Source: Histomonas meleagridis 2922-C6/04-290x (taxonomy: Eukaryota > Protista > Parabasalia). Taken from it: a stretch of DNA of 64,000 nucleotides. Location: positions 186,001 to 250,000 of the forward strand of contig JAANOX010000273.1 of NCBI GenBank assembly GCA_020184695.1, read 5' to 3'. The position numbers were made by a program, and so were the translations under genes. Of this stretch, positions 36,364 to 49,938 are shown one piece after another (positions within the stretch are counted from its first letter, which is position 1; the number at the start of each line of letters is the position of its first letter). A model generated the notes under the pieces. It saw only the letters and a program-made list of their open reading frames with translations. It did no database searches and had not been told where the DNA came from.

Positions 36364-38538
36364 TTACTTTTTCCTTGAGTGTCTATAAACGGATTTCTTC
36401 TTTCTTTGGAATCCTCCTTCAGTTCTCTTTGCGGAAGCCTTTTGCCCTCTCAAATCCTTCTTAAATCTCTTATCGACAATTTTCACTCTTCCCGATGATA
36501 CACCTTTTGGTAAGTTTGGTCTTCCTGCATCTCTTTTCTGCGTTACCACAACTTTTGGCGCAGGTTTCATTGATTTCATTCCCCTTTCGAATATTCTTTC
36601 CATAATTCTGAGCTTTGATCTTTCGTTGAGCCCTTCTTTTTCAGCGATTTCATCTGCTTTTTCTTGAAGAGATTTCATTCTTTGAAGAGCCTTCTTCTTC
36701 TTCCTTGCGCGTGCTTCGATTACTCTTTTCGTTGCAACTTGATTAATATCTCTCATATGTTGTCTCCATGCTAATACATCATCTTTCGACAAAGGTATCA
36801 TTGGCCTATTATAACGTTTTTCATCACTCGCAAACCATTCAGGGATATCTCCGTCATCATGTAAATACTTATTAAATGAATCATTAATTATATCTTGGCG
36901 ACGATTAGGATGTAACAATAATTCTTTCGCCATTTTGTACGCAGTTGCATCAAAATCTTTACTTGTTTGTCCCATAAGTTTCGATGATTCTTCTTCGGCT
37001 ACTTGCGCAGCTTTTTCTTGAGCTTCTTCTTCGGCTTCTGTTTCTACTTCTTCACTTTCTACTTCTTCTTTGTCATTGTTTTCATCTTCATCAACAGCAG
37101 AACTATATTCATCGTCATCATCTTCGTTAAATATGGACTGGCTAAACCATTTCTTGGATTTAACTTGAGTTGGTTCTTCTGGTTCAACTATTTCAACATG
37201 ACGTGCAAATTTGACGGGTCCAATATATACTCCATCTTCATCATTTGAAATTGGAGTTTTATCTTTGTGTGCCTCATAATAATCAATGTTTTCTTCCATT
37301 ATTTGTTCATATGTTTTGTTTGGATCTTCTTCTTCTTCGGGTATATCTGGTGTATATATTTTTCCATATCGTATTTGTGGATCTAACATATCAGCATTAA
37401 CTGGCTTGTTTTCAGTGTTCTTTTGAAGACGCTTTAATAGTTGGACTCTGAGCTTTTCTCTTCGTTTACGTTCTGCTTTTTCTTCTTTACGACGTTTTTG
37501 ACGTATTGTTTCAAGCGCTTGTTTAATTTCCTCATCAGAACCAATGTCATCGCTATCAATATCTTCCGCTGGCTCTTGGATTTCAGTACCTTTGATTAAT
37601 GCTTCACGCATTGTACGTCGCCACTTAAGAAGAACTTTACGATCAGCACGGCCAAGAACTTTAATGTCCTTGCAGAGTTCTTTGATTTCTGCTGTTGTTG
37701 CTGGGTGAGAAGCAGCAGCTGTTCCAAGGGGACCGTTATCAAACTTGAGAACGTTTATTACGTCCAAAATGTCAAGTGGCTTTTCTGCCTTTAAGAAGTC
37801 AGATACAGTGCATTCAGTGAAGTCCATAGCAGTAGAGGTCGTAAGTTGAGCATTTGGAGCTGCTTTGGCAGTTAATTCATCTAAATCTGTAAATACATAT
37901 TGAGGATCTAGAAGCCGTGGATCAATGACAGTTGGCGCTTTATAATCTTTGCAAACTATGAACAACTCAGCAGAGGAGTCACGTGAGGCTTTTGGTTTAG
38001 TGGGAATGACTTGTTCAAAAAATTGATTTAAAACCCATAAAAGAGAATTATAGTGCTCGGAACGAAAAACTTTTGTAACAAAGGTACCGCCTTTCCTTAA
38101 GAATAACGTTGAGAATTTAACAGATGCTAAACATAAATCAAGTTGATTGGTGGAATCTGTTATCCATGCAGCACCAACATTTGGTGCACCATCGTTTAGA
38201 ATCAGATCAGCTCTATTGCCCTGTATAAGTTTTCTTACTTTTGCATGAGTTTTTGGAGATAAAATATCTGCTTGAAGGGTTGTTACACGTGGAATTGGGC
38301 GTATTGGTGATAAATCAATTGAAATAATCATCGAATCTGGTGGCATATACTTTGCAGCTACTTGTGACCAACCACCTGGTGCAGCGCAGAGATCTAAACA
38401 ACAATGAGAATTGCTTAAGAAGTCGAATTGTTGGTTTAGTTGAATGAGCTTGAAAGCAGCGCGTGATCTATAACCAACAGCATGTGCAAGGTGATAATAT
38501 TTATCAAGACGGTGCTTGTATGCACGTGTTTTTCCCAT
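36364..38538 (-). CDS. SPB1: AdoMet-dependent 25S/28S rRNA 2'-O-methyltransferase Spb1/FTSJ3
   Basis: MGKTRAYKHRLDKYYHLA, GYRSRAAFKL, DLCAAPGGW, DGAPNVG, FVTKVFRS and the C-terminal Spb1 region. The ATG at 38538 is preferred to the track's 38580. Confidence 0.96.
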   Translation of the reverse strand: MGKTRAYKHRLDKYYHLAHAVGYRSRAAFKLIQLNQQFDFLSNSHCCLDLCAAPGGWSQVAAKYMPPDSMIISIDLSPIRPIPRVTTLQADILSPKTHAKVRKLIQGNRADLILNDGAPNVGAAWITDSTNQLDLCLASVKFSTLFLRKGGTFVTKVFRSEHYNSLLWVLNQFFEQVIPTKPKASRDSSAELFIVCKDYKAPTVIDPRLLDPQYVFTDLDELTAKAAPNAQLTTSTAMDFTECTVSDFLKAEKPLDILDVINVLKFDNGPLGTAAASHPATTAEIKELCKDIKVLGRADRKVLLKWRRTMREALIKGTEIQEPAEDIDSDDIGSDEEIKQALETIRQKRRKEEKAERKRREKLRVQLLKRLQKNTENKPVNADMLDPQIRYGKIYTPDIPEEEEDPNKTYEQIMEENIDYYEAHKDKTPISNDEDGVYIGPVKFARHVEIVEPEEPTQVKSKKWFSQSIFNEDDDDEYSSAVDEDENNDKEEVESEEVETEAEEEAQEKAAQVAEEESSKLMGQTSKDFDATAYKMAKELLLHPNRRQDIINDSFNKYLHDDGDIPEWFASDEKRYNRPMIPLSKDDVLAWRQHMRDINQVATKRVIEARARKKKKALQRMKSLQEKADEIAEKEGLNERSKLRIMERIFERGMKSMKPAPKVVVTQKRDAGRPNLPKGVSSGRVKIVDKRFKKDLRGQKASAKRTEGGFQRKKKSVYRHSRKK

Positions 38539-39198
38539 TTTTGTACGACCAAGAACAAAATCTATTGACCGAATATTCATTCAAAATCCAAACAGACCTA
38601 GCTTTAACTCTTTTTCATGCCGATCAAAATTTTGTGGCCACTTTTTTACCTCACTTCATTGTGAAGGAATTAAGTTAACAACAATAAAAATTTAGTTCTG
38701 ACTTTATTATGAATAAAACAAACAAACAAAAAGCAAAAAAGCATAACATATCATATAAAAAATCCCAAAAAAAGAAAAAAATTATATGCCAATATAATAA
38801 CAATTTTAATTGAATAAGCTTATACTGGTTTAATTGAATATGTCTCTCATTTCATGAAACTCTCATGAGAGTGCGAAACTATTTCAATTACAAAAATTTT
38901 GATTGAAAATAATCACATAACAAAAAATATATAAAAAATCAATTTTTGAGCACTTTTTGGCCATCAGAATAAATTTCTTGTAAATCATTACAATTAAAAA
39001 ATATAATATAATATATATCTATAGCTTCTCATTAAGCCCACGAAATTCTCATTCTTTAGCCCAAAACAGAGATTTCCAAAATATTAGTAAAACGAACTAT
39101 GAGTCAAATTACCCATCGATTTTCTGACCTCTTAAATGGCCATATATGGATTTCCGCCATTTTGAGCCTCAAATATTTGTATGTATAGTGAAAGCGAA

Positions 39199-39289
39199 AA
39201 CGGTTGAAACGATATAACACAAACAATGAGGGGTTTACAGCTAACAGTTATATGTAAACCCCAAATTCAAGCATATCGTTCCAACCGTT
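39199..39289. repeat. Imperfect ~90-bp palindrome next to a Tc1 relic
   Basis: aacggttgaaacgatat...ggggtttaca / tgtaaacccc...atatcgttccaaccgtt. Confidence 0.75.
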
Positions 39290-39313
39290 CTTGTGAAATT
39301 GAATTTCGTTTAC

Positions 39314-39750
39314 TCAATAATTAAGGACAGTGGAACCATTTTCTTGAATGCATGCTTGGATTCTATTCTGCATTGCCTCAACAAGCCTATTAATTGTTTC
39401 AAGAATCCAGATATCCTGGATAATCTTCTTTAGCTCATCGATTGTTTTGCATGGTTTGGCCTCTAAGCGTTTCTTCATGATTGCCCATACTGTCTCGATT
39501 ATGTTTTGATCGGGAGAGTATGGAGGCCAATCTTCCATGAAGTTCACCCCAAAGTCGTCATGTAACATGTATGTTTCATTCGATATATGGGGTTTTGCAT
39601 TGTCTTGTTGCATAACCCACTTTCCAATGCCATATGCATTATCGGCGTCAGAAAATACATTACTTCCAATTATGGCATCAAACACATATGTTTCAGAGTT
39701 GACTGTGGAATCAGAAAAGGAAAGATTACTCTTAAAGTTATAGCCGAATG
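39314..39750 (-). pseudogene. Tc1-like transposase C-terminal relic (DD35E spacing)
   Basis: QQDNAKPH...WPPYSPDQNIIETVWAIMK, with 35 residues between D and E. Confidence 0.85.
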
Positions 39751-40089
39751 ATATTCAATAATCTTCGTTTTGGAATGAATTTGAATCGATTCAAAATTCA
39801 TAGGAATAATGAGAAAATATTATTTGTTTGGTAAAATATAATAAAATATTATTTATGTCACAATGAACCATTCGTTTTTGAATGATAAAAAATACAGATG
39901 ATATAATTAAATATCAGTTATAAATCAGTTTCAAATAATGGAAAGCACGATAGAGAACGATAAAAAGCGTTGGCATTGTATCAACAGTTATTGATCGTAT
40001 AATAATTTTGCATCAAATTTTTTTCCAAAACATTTGGTAAAAAATGACTTTTTCGTTTCATAATGAATCACGTTGGAGTAAGCGGTGAA

Positions 40090-40310
40090 GCAATTGGGGA
40101 ACACGTATTTGGTTCATGTACTTCGTTGAAAAATATCACAATTCCGAGTGCGGTCACATCGATTGGGAATTATGCATTTGAATCATGTTCGCATTGGAGA
40201 CATTTTCTTTTGGAGAAAGAGTGAAAATATATGAGGATTGTGCATTTTATTCATGTTCATCATTGAAAAACATTACAATTCCAAGTAATGCATTATTTTT
40301 GGGACGGCAC
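40090..40310 (+). pseudogene. BspA-like (TpLRR) repeat fragment
   Basis: [34 protein letters not shown] and, after a frameshift, [16 protein letters not shown]. Confidence 0.8.
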
Positions 40311-40691
40311 ATCGCCAACAGTGCCTCTTCTAAAGTACCAACATCATCTATTAGACGTTGGTAACAGATCAAAGAGAGACATTTGGAGATTTGGAAGCAT
40401 CCAAAGGAACGCCAATTGAAGGATGACTCCTGATGCCAACGCTCACATTCACAGAATCAAACACATTCACAATTAAAAGCAGTGACCATTTGGTGGTGCT
40501 AATAAACATTTTTAGACGATTTTTTAATAAATAAAACATTGGAAGTGTCTTTTGTTCAACCTCATGGGTAGGATATCAGTGTGTTTTTTTTAAAGCAATT
40601 TAATCGTCTTTTTAACTTTTTGTATTACCGATAAACTCAATTTATTCGGTTTTCTCCAACTTCGAAAAAAAATCCACTGCTGAAATGCATA

Positions 40692-40774
40692 AATTTTCAC
40701 GATGACTGTTAAAAAATTGAACACCCGGAAATATCTCCCCTGGGACTGTCCCCTGGGGACATCTGAATTAACCC
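40692..40774. repeat. Solo terminus related to the MULE TIR at 21241/23855
   Basis: aattttcac...ttaaaaaattgaacacc...gggactgtcccctggggacatctgaattaaccc matches the 23770-23855 end. Confidence 0.75.
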
Positions 40775-40989
40775 ATTGATAAAATAACCATCTCATCACC
40801 AAGGTCAACTTGCAAGCAAGTTTCACAACAAATGAGCAGTTTAGAAAAATCAATTAAAATATCGACTATTGCAATAATCAAACATGAATTACATTTTTTT
40901 TTTCAAACCACCCAAAAGGAGACCTCAAATGACTCAAGCATGCTTGGATAGAAGACTTACTTTCGCTTATTCTATGTTACAAAACGAGG

Positions 40990-41830
40990 GAAAAAATAAA
41001 AAAATTGTGTTTAGTGATGTTTGTAAAATCCAATTTTGTCCAGATAATTCATATTGATGGAGAAAACATGGCAGTAAATTGAAAATATTTATGTGAATGA
41101 AACAAAACAGCCAAAAAAATCATGATTTTCGGTGCAATTGGTATAAATTATAAGTCAGAGTTTGTTGTCTCCCCAGTTGAAATTGATGCTGAGCAGTACT
41201 GTCATAATGTTCAACTACTTGGAATCTTGAACAGAAAAGATGAATATTATTTAATGCAAGACAATGCTCCTTATCATGTGGCAAAAGAAACAATGTTATG
41301 GTTAAGAAAACGAACCAACTTACTTGGTATCTGGTCTGTAAACAGTCCAGACTTGAATCCAATATAAGTAGTATGGGCAATGCTCAAAGAATGATTATCC
41401 AAACAATCAGAACCACAAACGATTGATGAAATGATAAATTTATGCCGTCATTTATGGAATAATATACTAACAATGGAACAAGTAAATGCTTTAACTAGAC
41501 AATCTGATTCAAGACTTAAGTATTGTATTTCAAATGTAAAAATGTGTATAAATGAATATATTAAAATAAATACTTTCCCTTATAATGGGCCCATACCTCA
41601 ATGTGAAAATGAGCTTCAAATTATTGATGATGCTCAACTTATTTTGAAATTTGATCCAAGCATCAATCTCTCTAAAGATTCGACTATAATGCTAGAGCAG
41701 TTATAGATCTGAGAAACAAGCATAGAGCAGCAATCAGCACATGGACAGATGAAGAGGACAAATTGCTATGCCAATTTGTTTTAGAAAATGGAAAAGAATG
41801 GTCTTTACCTAATTGTCTTCCTTGATAAAT
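40990..41830 (+). pseudogene. Tc1-like (DD34E) transposase relic followed by a single Myb-like repeat
   Basis: IVFSD, MIFGAI, MQDNAPYH and SPDLNPI*VVW (catalytic E replaced by TAA); TWTDEEDKLLCQFVLENGKEW at 41739-41801. Confidence 0.7.
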
Positions 41831-42832
41831 TCAGTTCGCATTCATAACAAATATATAATGTAATTTCTCTTTTCTTTGATTCGCTTATTGCATAAGGTGT
41901 TTTAAAAATTGCAAATTGATCTTCAATATATAATGTAAATCGATCAAATCTAATTTTACCAACTTGCTCTGCAATAAAATTGATAAATTCTGGAGGGGTT
42001 TTTTCTTCTATGTTCATCTCTCATTCAAAACATAAATATTAATTGGACGGTTATACACCGCTTTTGAATAGAAATGTATCCAATTTCAAACTGTCATTGT
42101 GATTGGCATTGATAATGTGTGTAGATGATATTAGTTATGCATATTGATCTGTTTTTGATTTTTTTAATGTGATCACAAGTCGGCCGTTTAAATCGATATC
42201 AACGTCTTATCTATCCAAATTAATCCACTCTGAAACTCTCATAAAAACATAAAGAAATTATGCACATTCCTTGAATTTGTTTGAGATCGTTTGTGATTCA
42301 ATCAGGCATTTTCTCAATTATTTCTTGTAAAATTGGAAGTTTCGCATTATGAAATTTTTTTCCTTGCATTACTCTCTGAAGTCCATGAACATAATGGGTA
42401 GGGTCTTGATTTTGTGTAATGTTCGGAAGATTGCTCATTATTCTCAATTTATATGAAAATGCAGCAATGAATTGCCGAATGTAATTATATGTCGTACTAG
42501 GATGTGTTGAACGATTAAATTCGATAAATGCCCGTATTTCAGCTTCTGTGAGAGCATAAGGAGAAAAAATTAAAGGGATTGTCATAACTAAATTCTCATA
42601 TCTTCTAAGTTGTGCTTCATAATTTTTTTTTTGTATTTGGAGCGATTGATTATGTTTCAACATCTTTTGAAAGATTAAGATATGCTTGAGAGTCCATTGC
42701 TCGAGTGAAGTGAAGTCATTCTAAAATTGAGTTTACATATCGAATTTATTGAATTTTATAATACAATCATTTCAGAGCATAACTCAAAAAGCTCTGGACA
42801 TATCGATAATGTCTCATAAGACTTCACAATTA

Positions 42833-44138
42833 TAGGGGGTGCTAAAAGTTATGACCCCCCCCCCGTTTTTCGATGAATAAAAAAGATATATTTTTTTTAT
42901 TGACTTTTATTTATGAAAGTACTCTCCTTTATTCTCAATCATTCATTCAAGTCTTTTTATCCATGCTTCAAACACCATTTGAAGCTCTTCTCATAAGTGA
43001 CACCGTCGAATATGCGTATAATTTCATTTTTTAAATCTTCTTCTGAATTTATATCCACACCCTTTAGGTTTTCCTTTGCCATTCCAAAAAACCAAAAATC
43101 GCATTGGCTTATATCTAGTGAATAATGTGGGTGAGGGATTCTATTAATTTTTTCTTCTCTTAATTTTTGAGTAACAAGTGACCCATAATGAATTGGGGTG
43201 TTATCCATATGTATCTTTATGTTTTACAAATGTGGCTGCTTCTTGTCATAGTCAACATTTTCATGAAATTGTGGAATAATATAATCAATGAAGTATTGTT
43301 GATTAAATTTTCAATTAGGAGGTAATGTATCAATACATAGCATTTTCGTCCCATTGAAGAAAATTGTAATCATTGTTTTTTTGGATTGAATTTTCTTAGA
43401 TACTATCGGTGGCACCTGATCACGTGATTCAGCATACATTTCTCTATATTCATATTCATAAAAGAACCACGACTCGTCACCAGTCATAATTGTATTAAAT
43501 AAGTTTTTTCTGGCTTTGATCAATTCTTCTAAAATTTATTTGGAATACTCGACCCTCATATAGTTCTCGGATAGCATATGGGTGATCCACCTTCTTCGAT
43601 ACTTTTTTAAACAAAGGTCATTAATTAAAACAGATTTAATACAATTTGATGAATGACCTAGTTCTGCTGCAATATATTATGCGGATAAGAATGGTTGTTC
43701 TTCAAGCATTTCTCTGATTTGATCAATTATATTAATTTTAGGCCTTCCACTCCTTGGTAAATCATTACAACTTAGGTCACCTGAAGAAAATTTTTTACAT
43801 CAGCGTTTGACACTTGAAAGTTAGATATTAGATTGAGGGAGAGCAGTACTTATTATCCTATTAATTGATTGATATCCCATTCTTTGCAGAAAATAATATT
43901 TGACAACAATTTTGAGCTCCGACTTTTCCATTAAATTTTGTGATTAAAAATAGTGACGATTTTGAATGGGGGAAAAAATTCAATCACTTATATTTCAATA
44001 TGTAAATAAAATTTTTAAAAAATATTTAAACATGCATTAAGTTTATACATTATAGGTTTTATTTATATATAATTTATTTTTCTAGATCAAGAGGAGATCA
44101 AGAAAAGGGGGTGGGGTCAGGACTTTTTGCACCCCCTA
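42833..44138 (-). mobile_element. Mariner (DD34D) transposon, 1306 bp, decayed transposase
   Basis: TIRs tagggggtgctaaaagttatgacccc / ggggtcaggactttttgcacccccta with TA TSD; IMTGDESWF, MDNTPIH, HPHYSLDISQCDFWFF. Confidence 0.93.
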
Positions 44139-45534
44139 TATATTTAATGAATGTTGAGAATGTTTTTCGGTTAGCACTTTTTCGCCCTGCGGTTTTTTTG
44201 GTTATCATCAAAATCATTGAATTTTGTTGTCACTTTTTTGCCCTGTATTTACGATTTTCCTTTTTTTATTTTTTTTCATGTTGAAAAATCTGATTAGAAT
44301 GTTGAGTCATGTTCTGATTAAAATGTTGGATCATATGTTCGTTTTTTGAGTAAATAATTCCAATAAATATAAATTGAAGTTACGTAAAGAAATACGAGAT
44401 CTTTTAAATAAAAAATTAGTAGAAAAGGGAGTTAATATTGAAGATATTTCTAACTCATTTAAATCATCAATTTCAGGATAAATCGAAAATTCTTGAAACT
44501 ATTGACCTTTATTATTAAAACCAACCAATGCTATACATTCTTGTTCGCCATCAATATTAACTCTAAAAGATACCTGATTTTTATTAAAATTTCCTGTTTC
44601 ACATCCATGAACATATTCACATGAAATTTTATTACTTCTAATTTCATTGTTACATTAGATGACATTTGATTATTGACCTCAAATGGAGTAAAAAATTTTT
44701 GTAGTACTAAGAATTTGTCTGTTATATGAATACATTGCAATTTCCCAATGTTATTTTCGTTATTAAAAATTAATACAAGATATGATAAATTTACTACATA
44801 TATATTTGTTGCATTATTAAAATTAATATTCATTTTTTTAGTTAATTTATGCGATTTAATTATCAAAGAAAATAATATGTATGATATAAATATTGTGATA
44901 TGGCATATTCAAATATTTCTTGAATATCATCAGGTTTTGTAGAAATTGTTGCTGATCTTGGAAGAATTGGTGTTAATTCAGCTATTTGTTCCCAATATGT
45001 GGAGTTCCAATTATTTTACAATGTAATGGAATGTACTATTTATCTTTATATGTTGAATAATAAACATTTAAATTGTATGTGTATCGCTTTGTTGAGAAAT
45101 CATAAATTTCCAAAGTGAAATCAAATGGTATTAATATTGCATCAATATTTATAGTAATCATAAAAGTCGAAGAAAATGAAGTCTTGGCATTTCTTCAACT
45201 GATGGCATGTTTACAATCATATGGTCTTTAAATGTTTTAAGTTCTGGTTTTTTGATGTATTTCCTTCAAGACTTTTAATACTTGCAAAATATTTTAAATC
45301 TTCACATGATAATTTTTAAAATGAAAAGAAATGGAAGAAGATAGAACTAATAAAATTTTAGAACATAGATTAAATTTTCAGCGAAAGAAAGAATATTTTG
45401 TTAAGTTGAAAAATTATGAAATTATTCTTATCAATCATCAGTATGGTTAACAGGCAAAGACATCAAGCAAAATAAAAATGGTAGGCAAAAATTAAAAGAA
45501 TACAAATCAAATGAATCTCTTCAAAGGACAACAC

Positions 45535-46900
45535 AACCATTTTATGATCCAGCTTATGATATACCTGATAAAATGGTAAAATTTGAAGATGGAAAATTTG
45601 TAACAAAATGGTCTCATCTTTCATATGAAGATTTAACATTAGAAACGTACTTGAACAAGCCTTTCCTGGTAGCTCATAGAACTAGAATTACAACAAATTT
45701 TCCAACGTTTCAAATCCTAATTACAAGCATCTTAGGTTTCAAGAACTTGATCAATTAAATTATTTTTTTTTAAATTAAATTCATCAATTGTTCCTTCAAT
45801 ATCAGATGAATTTACAGATGGCACAAAATTTTCTACAGCGTCACTTGTACAATTACTTCATAACCAATATAATGATGCAGGACCATTTCTTTTTTTTTAT
45901 TTGATAATGATAATAATTTACGTAATTGTATGATTATTATCAAAGTAGTAAAACCATGTTTTCATTGCAATGTGATGGTATCGGACGTAATCGTTCGATT
46001 ATTCGCAAGCTTGATTTTTATAAATCTGAAGATATATTAAAATAACATATGTTATTTATCAAACGAGAAACTTTAGAAGAAGACATACAATACTTCTCAA
46101 ATATTCATTTCCGTATAACCTTTTTTATTACTTCACAGACAAAATTAATGATGATATAAATCTCACTGAACATGATAAGTTATAACTTTCTTCCTAACAA
46201 TTTATTCTGTCGACGATACAGGCAATTTATGACAATTTTTTAACAGAGGATGTCAAAGATAGTGTAACCTTCTCAATTCAAACGCAAAATGCACTTAAGG
46301 AATTTTCAAGTATTTGTCCTCCAGAAGCAATTACTGACTACAAATCCAAAATCAACTATTATGCCATAGAATGTCCGTTAACAAATTTCCAAAAGATGAT
46401 ACGTAATAAATTAGTATACGATGGCTTATAAAGATGATATTCTTGAAGGATATTTCTTACGACTTTATAACGCGTTGTATTATACTTTTCAGCACCCATT
46501 TATGATACCTTCAATTGAACATGATTTTGTAATGAAGGACTTGTTGGTCCATCATATAAAATGAGAATCATAGAATACATATTAAATAATTCTCTTAATG
46601 AACAATCTAGAGTTTTAATATTAACCACGATTCCATTTATTTATAATTTATTGAAAGATTTCCGACTAACTTCTCGACAACATAAACCCATTACACGTGT
46701 TTACCTATATTCCAGTTGATAACATGGCTTGGTTCACTGAAATTATTGATAATTGTGGGGATACCCCAGTATTCAAAATTTGGATAGAGGGAAAGGAAGA
46801 GGAGGCCTTCGAGGGAAATACTCCAACCCCGCCTTTCGCAAAGGCATTTAGGTCACCAAACTCTGTGAGAAAAGGTGCTTCGATATCGAAGTCCTGATGC
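45535..46900 (+). pseudogene. Decayed chromatin-protein gene (CHD-type chromodomain and FY-rich C-terminal fragments)
   Basis: QPFYDPAYDIPDKM...FVTKWSHLSYEDLTLE (chromo-like) and WFTEIIDNCGDTPVFKIW...FEGNTPTPPF (FYRC-like), separated by stop-riddled sequence. Confidence 0.45.
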
Positions 46901-47254
46901 ATTTTCATTGACAAATCCAATTGTTATTTATTTGTTACAATTGTTGCCTCAAGCTAAAAATTTGAAAAGATATATATTCCATAATTTGGATAATAGCCCG
47001 ATTAATTATGTTTTTAAATAGTTTATTAGATAATGAAGTAGAAGAAGAAGTATAAATAAAACATATGTTTTATAAACAAGAATGCGCTTCGCATTGTGTA
47101 TGCTTATGTTCAAAATCGCAATTTCTTTCTGTTTTAGGAAAAATATAAACGTTCATCATATCGGTATTATTTCACGCCACATGTCAGATAACATAACGTC
47201 ATCTCAATGAATTTGGAGAAAATTTACCATAACCTCTTATATCCATAATTATTT

Positions 47255-49938
47255 TTGTTACACAACAAAATGTACTCTAACCTTAATGCTTTACAAGGTA
47301 CTAATGAAACTTTGGGATATGAAGAACTTATTCCAAATCATGATTCGAATGAAGCACAAAATTTCAGTAAAATTTTATATGTGCTTGCAAGTCTTATTGA
47401 TAGAGAAGCTTATGATCAAGTAAATTCAATAAGTAATGATATACTTATTAACCATCCAAATGATATCCAAAAATTTTGTTTTTTACTTGCAAATCCTAGC
47501 AACCCGAATGAAACTAGACGTTATTCAGCAAAAATTATATCATATTTATTAAATCCCGCAACGCCAGAGCGCCGAAATATTCTTGTAAATAATATATGGT
47601 CTCTTAATGGGTTTATTCCTAACCTCAAAAGGTTAATTACCACCACAATTGGTGAAAACGACACTGTTATTCGAAATGTTTCGTGCCAAATTTATTCTTA
47701 TATATTTGGAATTGAAGGAGGTCAATGGGTTGATGGTATTCAAGAAATTTTCAGTAGTCTTTCCACATCCAATTCCAGTATTCTCACTTCTTTTTTCAAT
47801 ATTTATTCTAACATTCTCAATTTACCCAACTTTGAAAGTGAGCTTAAAACAGATGCGCACATTCCAATCTATGCCAACATTTTTGATGCCTCTTTCAAAA
47901 TATTGAGTATTCCAGATCAAATTTCTGAAGTTCGTGAATCTGCATGTGATGCCATATATTTTACCATTCTTCATCTTTCGGACAAGATAATTGATGACAA
48001 TGCCGAAGTAAAAATTTCGATAATTCTTCAAAGCATTCAATCGTCACTTTTCACACCAAACATAAAACTCTTTGAAACACTTCATAACATTATGCTTCTT
48101 CTCATTAAGAAATATTATCCACTTTCGCCAAGTTTTATGGGCATTATAAGCAATTGCGTATTAAGAGGAATGGCCATGAGCAATCCCGAGCATCAATGCG
48201 TGTCAATCACGTTTTGGCAAGACCTTGCGCAGTTCGAATATGCGTATCAAAATCGGCCGACATTTAAATGCGATCTTTTACATTTATCACGAACAGTCAT
48301 TGAAAATTACTTCGAAATCTTCATTAACATTTTACAGTCAATTGATCCTAACGATGTTTCAATTGAAGATCCCGGTGATAAGCTTCCGCATATGCGTGCA
48401 ACTACTGCGTTACAGTCCATTTATAAAGTAGAGCCCGAAATAGTATTTGAGAAATGTTCGCAAACAATAATAAATTTGATTAAAGAGCAGCAAAGTTGGG
48501 TACATTGTCATACAGCTTTGCTGCTTATTTATTCGATATTAGAACACCCAATTAATAATGTAATATTTTTACCATTTTTAGGTAACGTTTTTGATTATGT
48601 TATAGACTTTTGTACTCCAAAATATTGCGCACACTTACGAGAAACAGCGTAATTTGTACTTTCGATGATATTAAAGTTTTATCCAACATTTATAAATAAT
48701 GCAAATGATTCAGCACAAAGATTCGAAGTAATAATAGGAATTATACCATTAGTAAATGAACTGCAATCAGAACAAATGCCACTGATAATCATTGAACGAT
48801 ATTCCTTATTATTAAATTATTTAGTTGGCGCATTATTGATACCGAAATCCTTCGAAAGAATTTATTTAATGTTACAAATTATGTTAAGTTATGTTATAGG
48901 AATTGAAGATGAAGAAAGTAAAATAACAAATGCTATTTCATGTGTCACTGAATCAATATGTAGTTTAATATCGCATATGAATAATAGTAATAACGACCAA
49001 TTACTTGAATTGTTTATACAGACATGTGACACATTAAGTAAATCAAATGAATTCATAAGCTCCGAAATCATTAAGTGTACATATCAATCAGGGATATGTT
49101 CAATAATTACAGAATTCATATTAAAACTTAAGACGCATATTACACAAGAAATATGTCATTGTGTTATACAATTAATATTTGATTTGTTACAAACGTAATA
49201 TTATGTTATATATGAAGAAGGCTTAATGACATTAGCAGCATTAGTCAAATGTTTGCCGCAGTATCTTACTGTCGAACAAATAAATTATTGTTTAACATTG
49301 ACACAACAATGCTTAATGGCACAAAACAACAAAGTAATTTACGCAAGTGCCATTTTAATAGAACAATTATTCATAAATTGTAATGTGCAAATGATGCAAA
49401 TCTTTGACGTAATGTTTGTTACATTGTTTAACATAGTGATGAACAGTTCTGACAAAAGAGATGTTCAACCATTTGTGCGACAATGTTCGACGTAAGTAAT
49501 GTTCAGCAACAACAACATTGCAAACAATTGGAACAAATTTTAATTACATTTAGAGATATATCGAAATGTTTAAACATCGAAAATGATGAAGATGTAAAAT
49601 ATGCAAATCATTTGTATACTTCGTTATGTAATTGTAACAGAGCTTATGCGAAGATGTTTTATGCAGCAAATGATACGAATATAGAAAGATTGCAACTGAT
49701 CGAGTTCGATAATTTTGCTGCGAGTGTCTTGTTAATTGGGAAATATAACATCGACGACGAACTCATTATGGCATTTGTGCATGCATCAAGGCAATACCGC
49801 CAGCACTGCTCGAGGAAATTCAACCCATACATAAATAGAAGAAATATTCACGACGTAATAGCAATCGGATACAAAAGAATAAATAACCTTAAGTTATTAA
49901 AAGAAGCAAGAAATGTTATGCAATATATTAGGTCATGA
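47255..49938 (+). pseudogene. Importin-beta (karyopherin)-like HEAT-repeat gene with two in-frame stops and a frameshift
   Basis: IBN_N-like start, SITFWQDLAQFEY and SWVHCHTALLL. In-frame TAA at 48650 and 49196; frameshift near 49490. Confidence 0.7.
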
